From NCBI GenBank assembly GCA_963675915.1, contig OY780959.1, positions 450,001 to 482,000 on the forward strand: a stretch of 32,000 nt of DNA. Direction: 5' to 3'. This stretch comes from Coprobacillaceae bacterium (GTDB lineage Bacteria > Bacillota_I > Bacilli_A > Erysipelotrichales > Coprobacillaceae). A program made the translations under genes and the position numbers. Position 1 is the first letter of the stretch. Each line of letters starts with the position of its first letter. The notes beneath the pieces were generated by a model that was not told the origin of the DNA, made no database searches, and worked only from the letters and a program-made list of their open reading frames with translations. Of the stretch, positions 25,761 through 32,000 are shown one piece after another.

Positions 25761-26240
25761 TTAAAGATATAATTTTTCCAGCAAACCAATCCCGGTTGCA
25801 GTCTTGAAAAGATCGCGGTAAGCCTCAATCTGGGCTTTGGTGCTGTTGTTTTCAAAAATATTGACCAAAGCATCGGCTTCAATCAGGATCTGGTAGTCGA
25901 TTCCCAAATCGAGATGATAAGTATGATGGCAACCCACCAGCAAAGCCACCCGGTCGGTTATCTCTTGGGGAACACCGAGCGATTCAAACATTTTTATGAG
26001 GGCTTCCGGTCCGTATTCTTCCTGCATTTTTCCGTTATTGTAACCGTGGATATCCTCGGCCACTTTGATACCGATATCGTGACAGTAGCTGACAATTTCA
26101 ATAATTTTCATGGTCTGGTCATCGACCTTTTCCCCTTTGGCGATAATTGTTGCATAACCGTGCACCTTGAGCAGGTGGTTGATTCTAACCAAATCCTGGC
26201 CAAAGAAATCAATCATCGCCAGAGCTGTTAAGTTTTCCAT
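25761..26240 (-). CDS. HD-domain phosphohydrolase family protein
   Basis: H...CHDIG...H...D pattern in 159 aa. AGGAGGAG RBS. Confidence 0.72.
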   Translation of the reverse strand: MENLTALAMIDFFGQDLVRINHLLKVHGYATIIAKGEKVDDQTMKIIEIVSYCHDIGIKVAEDIHGYNNGKMQEEYGPEALIKMFESLGVPQEITDRVALLVGCHHTYHLDLGIDYQILIEADALVNIFENNSTKAQIEAYRDLFKTATGIGLLEKLYL

Positions 26241-26374
26241 TTAATCTCCTCCTATATTAATAAAATCTACCATAAACCCCATTGGATTGAAATGAAATGT
26301 TAAAAATAAATAAAGGTGCATATCATTATAACGATATTCATGGATATGATATACTCAACTCAGAGGTGATGAAA

Positions 26375-26701
26375 ATGAATATATTCGCAAATATCTTAGG
26401 ATCAGGGTTAAACATCAATTCGGCCTACGAAAAATCAAAAGAAAACGGTGCAGTATTGCTTGATGTAAGAAGCAAATCTGAATTCAAACAAGGCCACTTG
26501 CCAAAAGCAATCAATGTTCCGGTTGAAACAATGAACGGCAGCAAAATCAACCAAATCAAGGATTTGAATAAAACAATTTATGTCTACTGTCTTTCAGGGG
26601 CTCGTGCCCGTAATGCGGCCCATAAATTAAAAGCAGCCGGATATACCGATGTTACTGCAGTTGGTGGAATCAATTCTTACCACGGACCAATTCAAAGATA
26701 A
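26375..26701 (+). CDS. Rhodanese-like (sulfurtransferase) domain protein
   Basis: LLDVRS..EF..GH...AINVP and active-site loop YCLSGARA. The ATG at 26375 lies 8 nt after AGAGG. Confidence 0.8.
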   Translation: MNIFANILGSGLNINSAYEKSKENGAVLLDVRSKSEFKQGHLPKAINVPVETMNGSKINQIKDLNKTIYVYCLSGARARNAAHKLKAAGYTDVTAVGGINSYHGPIQR

Positions 26702-26711
26702 TCCTGGACCC

Positions 26712-26737
26712 AAAGAGAACCTGGTTCTCTTTTTTTA
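26712..26737 (+). terminator. Rho-independent terminator after the rhodanese gene
   Basis: AAAGAGAA / TTCTCTTT stem around a CCTGG loop, followed by a T-run. Confidence 0.75.
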
Positions 26738-26816
26738 TGCCTTCAATAAACTTTTTTGCAACTTAAGGTCCATTTTGTGATAGAATCGTGTTGTAATTTA
26801 GATTTGAGGAGGAAAT

Positions 26817-27921
26817 ATGACAATAATTTATGGAAGTCCCAGAAAATATATTCAAGGCCATGGGGAATTGGTCCGTCTGGGCCAATATGCCGGTAAACTG
26901 GGAAGCCGGGCTCTGGTGATTGTTTCACCGATTGGTTATGATAATATCAAGATGAATGTTGAAAATTCATTAGTCCAGGGGGGCATTGTGCCGGTTTTTG
27001 AATTTTTTCGAAAGTGAATGCTCCACCGCCCAGATTGAACGGCTGGTGGAACTGGCAAACATCAACCGGTGTGACCTGGTGATTGGAATTGGCGGGGGCA
27101 AGGTTTTAGATGTGGCCAAAGCGGCCGCTTATTACCAAAAATCACCGGTAATTATCGTGCCGACGATTGCCACTACCGATGCACCTTGCAGCGCCCTGAG
27201 TGTCATTTACAGTGATGAAGGGGTCTTTGAACGGTATTTGTACCTGCGCAACAATCCGGATCTCGTGCTGGTAGACACTCAGGTTATTGCTGCAACTCCG
27301 GTCCGACTTACCGTGGCGGGAATCGGGGATGGTATTTCGACTTATCTCGAAACCCGGGCTTGTCAAAAAAGCGCAGCCTTGAACAGTTTTGGGGGAGGAT
27401 CATCTCTGGCGGCCCAAGGTTTGGCGCGGCTATGTTATGAAACTTTGCTTGAACAGGGAGTTCAGGCCCGAAATGATCTTGAAGCTGGGCTTTGTTCAAA
27501 GGCGTTGGAGGCAGTTATCGAAGCCAATATTTTGCTTTCAGGAATCGGATTTGAATCCGGCGGGGTGGCTGGGGCCCATGGGATTGCCAATGGTCTTAGT
27601 GTGATCAAAGAGTGCAACCGGTCGCTTCATGGTGAAAAGGTGGCCTTTGGGAGTATTTGCCAGTTGATTCTGGAAAATGCCCCGGAAGCCGAAATTAACG
27701 AATTGATTGATTTTTGCCATGAAATCAAACTGCCAATCACCCTGGAACAGCTGGGAATGAGCGTTGTCAATGAAAAGAATGTCGAAGCAATTGCTTCTCT
27801 GGCAGTAGCTCAAAACAGTTCGATTCACAACCTGCCGATGCCAGTTACAGCCCAGCTGGTGACAGCGGCTATTTTTAAAGCCGATTTGCTGGGAAAAATG
27901 CGCCTGGGACCGCGTGGCTAG
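26817..27921 (+). pseudogene. gldA: Glycerol dehydrogenase (iron-containing ADH family), disrupted by a +1 frameshift in a T6 run
   Basis: The N-terminal 66 aa (26817-27017: GSPRKYIQGHGEL.RLG...) and the remainder (frame +1, ...ECSTAQIERL...GIGGGKVLDVAKA...PTIATTDAPCSALSVIY...GFESGG.AGAHG..NG...HGEKVAFG) are colinear with GldA. The frames meet at TTTTTT 27003-27008. Confidence 0.85.
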
Positions 27922-28083
27922 GGTCTTGCCGTTTTCTCTTTTGGGGCTGTAAATCGGGATTTGAAAGTTTTTTGCGCTTATCGCCGGCAAATATCGCTTG
28001 AAGAGGCAAAAATCCGTTTGATTGCCTTGAATAAAATGGCGGATATGCTACAATGTTTTTTAGATAAACTAGGAGGAATCTCA

Positions 28084-29280
28084 ATGTATTGTACAAGGAA
28101 AATTACAGAAGATATGCATTTTGTCGGAGGTAATGACCGCCGCATTTCGTTATTTGAAAATGTATATCCTTTGACTAGAGGAGTTAGTTATAATTCATAT
28201 TTGATTATGGACGAAAAAACAATCTTACTGGACACTGCCGATGAAGCAATTGCCGGGTTGTTTTTTGAAAATGTCGAACATGTTCTTGATGGACGTCCAC
28301 TTGATTATTTGGTTGTCAATCATATGGAACCGGATCATGCTGCCTGCATCAAAGATGTGGTGACCAAGTATCCGGATGTTACTGTGGTCGGAACTCAAAA
28401 AACAATCAATATGATCATGCAGTTCTTCAATCTTGATGTAACTGACCATGCGTTGATTGTCAAAGAAGGGGACGAGTTATGCACCGGTCGACACACTTTC
28501 AGTTTCCATATGGCTCCGATGGTTCACTGGCCTGAAGTTATGGTTACTTATGATGCGACTGATAAAATCCTGTATTCGGCTGATGCCTTTGGTACTTTCG
28601 ATCCGATTGATGGGAATGTCTTTGCCCAGGATAAATTCACATGCACTGCTTTGGCTGAAGCACGCCGTTATTATACCAATATCGTTGGAAAATACGGGCC
28701 TCAAGTCCAAATGTTGCTTAAAAAAGCGGCCAAGCTGGAAATTGAAATGATCTGCCCGCTTCATGGACCGCTTTACCGTGAAAATGCCAAGGTTTTGATT
28801 GATAAATATCAAAAATGGTCAAAATACGAACCTGAAAACCCATCGGTTTTGATTGTTTATGGTTCGGTCTACGGTAACACTGCCAATGTGGCCGAAATCA
28901 TCGGAATGGAACTGGCCAATGAAGGTGTCGAAGATATCGCGATTTATGATTCGTCGAATACTGATGTCTCTTACCTGCTTTCAGAAGCCTTCAGATGTTC
29001 GCATATCGTATTTGCTTCGGCAACCTACAATGCGGGAATTTTCACCCCAATGGAAAACTTCCTTCATGATTTGAAAGCTCATAATTTCCAAAATCGGACT
29101 GTTGCGATAGTTGAAAACGGATCTTGGGCGATCAGCGCTGGAAAACAGATGACTGAAATCATCGAATCGATGAAAAACATGACGATTCTTGAACCGCAAC
29201 TGACTGTTTGTTCTTCTTTGAAAGAAGATCAGATGGAAAATGTGTTGGCTATCGTCAAAGCAATTAAAGAAAGTTTATAA
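28084..29280 (+). CDS. FprA-family A-type flavoprotein (flavodiiron protein: metallo-beta-lactamase fold plus flavodoxin)
   Basis: HMEPDH di-iron motif, then a C-terminal flavodoxin-like VLIVYGSVYGNT. ATG at 28084 follows AGGAGGA. TTGAAT-16-TACAAT promoter upstream. Confidence 0.85.
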   Translation: MYCTRKITEDMHFVGGNDRRISLFENVYPLTRGVSYNSYLIMDEKTILLDTADEAIAGLFFENVEHVLDGRPLDYLVVNHMEPDHAACIKDVVTKYPDVTVVGTQKTINMIMQFFNLDVTDHALIVKEGDELCTGRHTFSFHMAPMVHWPEVMVTYDATDKILYSADAFGTFDPIDGNVFAQDKFTCTALAEARRYYTNIVGKYGPQVQMLLKKAAKLEIEMICPLHGPLYRENAKVLIDKYQKWSKYEPENPSVLIVYGSVYGNTANVAEIIGMELANEGVEDIAIYDSSNTDVSYLLSEAFRCSHIVFASATYNAGIFTPMENFLHDLKAHNFQNRTVAIVENGSWAISAGKQMTEIIESMKNMTILEPQLTVCSSLKEDQMENVLAIVKAIKESL

Positions 29281-29286
29281 TAAAAT

Positions 29287-29326
29287 CAGCGGACTTTGAT
29301 TTTCATGTCAAATTCCGCTGGTTTTT
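29287..29326. terminator. Bidirectional terminator
   Basis: CAGCGGACTTTGA / TCAAATTCCGCTG (12 of 13 bp) followed by GTTTTT. Confidence 0.75.
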
Positions 29327-29333
29327 AATTATG

Positions 29334-29528
29334 TTATTTTTTGATTTCGACGAGTTTTTTTCGCAATTCATTCATAGAATCAAAAATCTTTTGATCATCT
29401 TCGAAATAGAAGTCGTCAACTTCATTATGGTTGCTTAAATTTTCCCAATAGTCGATGGTCTGTGTCATTGCTGAGATTAATAATTCTAATTCCGTACCGG
29501 AAACTGCGATATTAGTTTTTGTTTCCAT
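29334..29528 (-). CDS. Hypothetical small acidic protein (64 aa)
   Basis: Strong AAAGGAGA RBS and a TGTTATAAT extended -10 (29561-29569, minus strand). I do not recognise a family. Confidence 0.5.
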   Translation of the reverse strand: METKTNIAVSGTELELLISAMTQTIDYWENLSNHNEVDDFYFEDDQKIFDSMNELRKKLVEIKK

Positions 29529-29709
29529 CTGAATCTCCTTTCAAAATTTAACCTAAGTAGATTATAACACTCATTTCATGTAAACGCTACCATTTTGTAA
29601 CATTTTTTTGATTTTTGGGGTGTATTTTTCAGACGGTACCCGAGTTGGAATTTACTGTCATTACAGCGGTTATGGATATATGCCGATAATAAATACTGCC
29701 AAAATACTA

Positions 29710-29718
29710 TGATATAAT
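29710..29718 (+). promoter_or_regulatory. Candidate extended -10 promoter (TGATATAAT) for nrdD
   Basis: TGaTATAAT lies inside a 13-bp palindrome, ATGATATAATCAT (29709-29721). This would give a leader of about 200 nt. Confidence 0.35.
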
Positions 29719-29931
29719 CATGTTTTTTTGATTTTTTACACATTCATAAGTTGCTTTGTCGTTGTTTTTCAAATGCTGAAAAGACAAAAAAAATTAAAGG
29801 GAAATATGTTGATTAAAAGGGACTAATTTACATATGCCAAAAAAAACACCACATGTAATTAAATATATTAATAGATTCCCGAATTGTTTAATGATATGAT
29901 TTTAAAAGAATCTAAAAAGGAGAATATTATT

Positions 29932-32000
29932 ATGAACATTATTAAACGAACTGGAGAAAGTGCTACTTTTGATATCACGAAGATCATTTCGGCGATTGCC
30001 GCTGCCAACAAGGAAATTGATACTAGCAGTCAAATCAGCAGCGACAAAATCAGAGATTTGGCGAACATAATAGCGTCAAAAATCAATGAGGGCGAAGATG
30101 TGGAAAAAATCCAAGACAAAGTTGAAGATGTCTTGTTGGAAGGGGCAAATTTCGACCTGGCCAAAACGTATATCAAATACCGTTATAAAAGAGCGTTGGT
30201 AAGAAAATCGAATACTATCGATGCCCAGATTCTAAGCTTGATTGAAACTAAAAATGAAGAAGTCAAGGAAGAAAACTCAAACAAAAATCCGACTATCGTT
30301 TCAGTACAGCGTGATTATATGGCCGGTGAGGTCAGCAAAGATATCACTCGCCGTTTCCTGTTGGATGAAGACTTGGCCCAAGCTCATGATGATGGAATCA
30401 TCCATTTCCATGATGCGGACTACTTCGCTCAGCATATGCACAACTGCGATCTGATCAACCTTGAAGATATGCTTCAAAACGGGACGGTAATTAGCGGGAC
30501 AATGATTGAAAAACCGAAGAAATTTTCAACTGCCTGCAATATCACGACTCAAATCATCGCTCAGGTTGCCAGCTGCCAGTACGGTGGTCAATCAATCACT
30601 CTTAGTCATTTAGCTCCTTTTGTAGATGTCTCACGTCAAAGAATCATCAAAGAACTCAAAGGGGAATTGACTATGGCTCAAATCGACCTTTCAGATGATG
30701 ATTTTGCCAAATTAGTTGATAAACGCTTGAAAGATGAAATCAAGCATGGATGTCAGATGATTCAATATCAGATCATCACTTTGATGACTACCAACGGACA
30801 AGCTCCTTTTGTGACGGTATTCATGTATCTTAACGAACTTGAAGAAGGTCAGACCAAACAGGATTTGGCTTTGATCATCGAAGAGATGCTTAAACAAAGA
30901 TATCAAGGGGTTAAAAATGAAAAAGGAATCTGGATCACTCCAGCCTTCCCGAAACTGATTTATGTCCTCTCTGAAAACAATATCCAAGCTGATTCGAAAT
31001 ATTTCTACCTGACTGAAATGGCGGCCAAATGTACTGCCAAAAGAATGGTACCGGATTATATTTCGGAAAAGAAAATGATGGAACTTAAAAACGGGGATTG
31101 TTATACCTGTATGGGATGCCGTTCATTCCTGACACCATACCGTGATGCCGACAACAAACCTAAATACTACGGTCGTTTCAACCAGGGTGTTGTGACTATC
31201 AACTTGGTCGATATCGCACTTTCAAGCGAAGGTGATGTCAACAAGTTCTGGTCAATCTTCGATGAACGTCTCGAACTTTGCTACCGTGCCCTGATGATCC
31301 GTCATAACCGTCTTAAAGGAACCAAATCGGATGCGGCTCCTATTCTATGGCAACACGGAGCCCTGGCCCGACTTGAAAAAGGCGAAGTCATCGATCCATT
31401 GCTTTACAACGGTTATTCGACAATCTCACTTGGTTATGCCGGTTTGTATGAATGTGTCCGTTTCATGACGGGAAGATCTCATACTGATGAAGTGGCGGAA
31501 CCATTTGCGCTTAGCGTGATGCAGTATATGAATGATACTTGCAATAAATGGAAAGCTCAGCATAACATCGACTTCAGTGTTTATGGAACACCGCTTGAGT
31601 CAACTACTTATAAATTCTCAACCAAACTGAAAGAACGTTTCGGGGTAGTCGAAGGTGTTACTGACCGTGACTACATCACCAACTCATACCATGTTCATGT
31701 AACTGAACCAATCGATGCATTCACAAAACTGGGATTCGAATCGAAATTCCAGGAATTATCACCGGGTGGAGCTATCTCTTATGTCGAAGTTCCTAATCTG
31801 CTTGACAATATCCCGGCGGTAGTGTCATTGATGCAATACATCTATGACAATATCATGTATGCAGAATTGAATACAAAATCTGATTATTGTCATGTTTGTG
31901 GTTTCGATGGCGAAATCGAGATAACTGAAAGCGACAGCGGCAAACTGGGATGGAAATGTCCACATTGTGGCAATGAAGACCAAAACAAGATGTCGGTAGC
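29932..32000 (+). CDS. nrdD: Anaerobic ribonucleoside-triphosphate reductase (class III), 3' end outside the window
   Basis: Absent from the ORF track because no stop is reached. The frame is open from the ATG at 29932 (after AAAGGAGA) to the window end. It has an N-terminal ATP-cone (MNIIKRTGESATFDITKI...), then IHFHDADY, CQYGGQS and a C-terminal CHVCG...CPHCG Zn site just before the expected glycyl-radical motif. Confidence 0.92.
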   Translation, partial: MNIIKRTGESATFDITKIISAIAAANKEIDTSSQISSDKIRDLANIIASKINEGEDVEKIQDKVEDVLLEGANFDLAKTYIKYRYKRALVRKSNTIDAQILSLIETKNEEVKEENSNKNPTIVSVQRDYMAGEVSKDITRRFLLDEDLAQAHDDGIIHFHDADYFAQHMHNCDLINLEDMLQNGTVISGTMIEKPKKFSTACNITTQIIAQVASCQYGGQSITLSHLAPFVDVSRQRIIKELKGELTMAQIDLSDDDFAKLVDKRLKDEIKHGCQMIQYQIITLMTTNGQAPFVTVFMYLNELEEGQTKQDLALIIEEMLKQRYQGVKNEKGIWITPAFPKLIYVLSENNIQADSKYFYLTEMAAKCTAKRMVPDYISEKKMMELKNGDCYTCMGCRSFLTPYRDADNKPKYYGRFNQGVVTINLVDIALSSEGDVNKFWSIFDERLELCYRALMIRHNRLKGTKSDAAPILWQHGALARLEKGEVIDPLLYNGYSTISLGYAGLYECVRFMTGRSHTDEVAEPFALSVMQYMNDTCNKWKAQHNIDFSVYGTPLESTTYKFSTKLKERFGVVEGVTDRDYITNSYHVHVTEPIDAFTKLGFESKFQELSPGGAISYVEVPNLLDNIPAVVSLMQYIYDNIMYAELNTKSDYCHVCGFDGEIEITESDSGKLGWKCPHCGNEDQNKMSV

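Noticed and set aside
27538-27990. 150-aa minus-strand ORF
   Set aside because: It is antisense to the clearly recognisable gldA coding sequence.
29826-29861. Confident call of tandem NrdR boxes
   Set aside because: The best candidate (29846-29861) matches roughly 10 of 16 consensus positions from memory and the partner site is worse. It is kept only as a low-interest note.

Overview
This window looks like a chromosomal segment from a low-GC Gram-positive (Bacillota-like) genome, judging by GGAGG-type ribosome-binding sites, frequent TGnTATAAT extended -10 boxes, a lipoprotein signal peptide and roughly 40% GC by eye. Most of it is housekeeping or accessory metabolism. In order: a partial Gfo/Idh/MocA oxidoreductase, a UPF0303-like protein, luxS, a GNAT-sbcD-sbcC operon, proS, a DUF2975/XRE pair, a cyclophilin lipoprotein, a Tyr-phosphatase, an ArpU-like regulator, corA, a HAD hydrolase, xth, an AI-2E-family permease and a degenerate GGDEF membrane protein. 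These are followed by a His-less Hpt-like protein, a phasin-like protein, a UbiB/ABC1 kinase, a cobalamin adenosyltransferase, a REC-GGDEF-EAL protein, pdxK, an ABC-F ATPase, an HD hydrolase, a rhodanese, a frameshifted gldA, an FprA-type flavodiiron protein, and nrdD. nrdD runs off the 3' edge, so it is absent from the ORF track. The only clearly accessory feature is an IS110-family insertion sequence on the minus strand at about 16.9-18.8 kb, sitting between the phasin-like gene and the UbiB kinase gene. Its recombinase is preceded by a structured untranslated region of about 267 nt. That region contains segments matching both the element's own terminus and the flanking insertion site, which fits a bridge (guide) RNA of the kind shown for IS621-type elements. 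The 5' 402 bp of the element (leader plus the first 45 codons) is present as a perfect tandem duplication. I saw no rRNA, tRNA or CRISPR array. All calls come from reading the sequence and remembered family motifs; no database search was possible.
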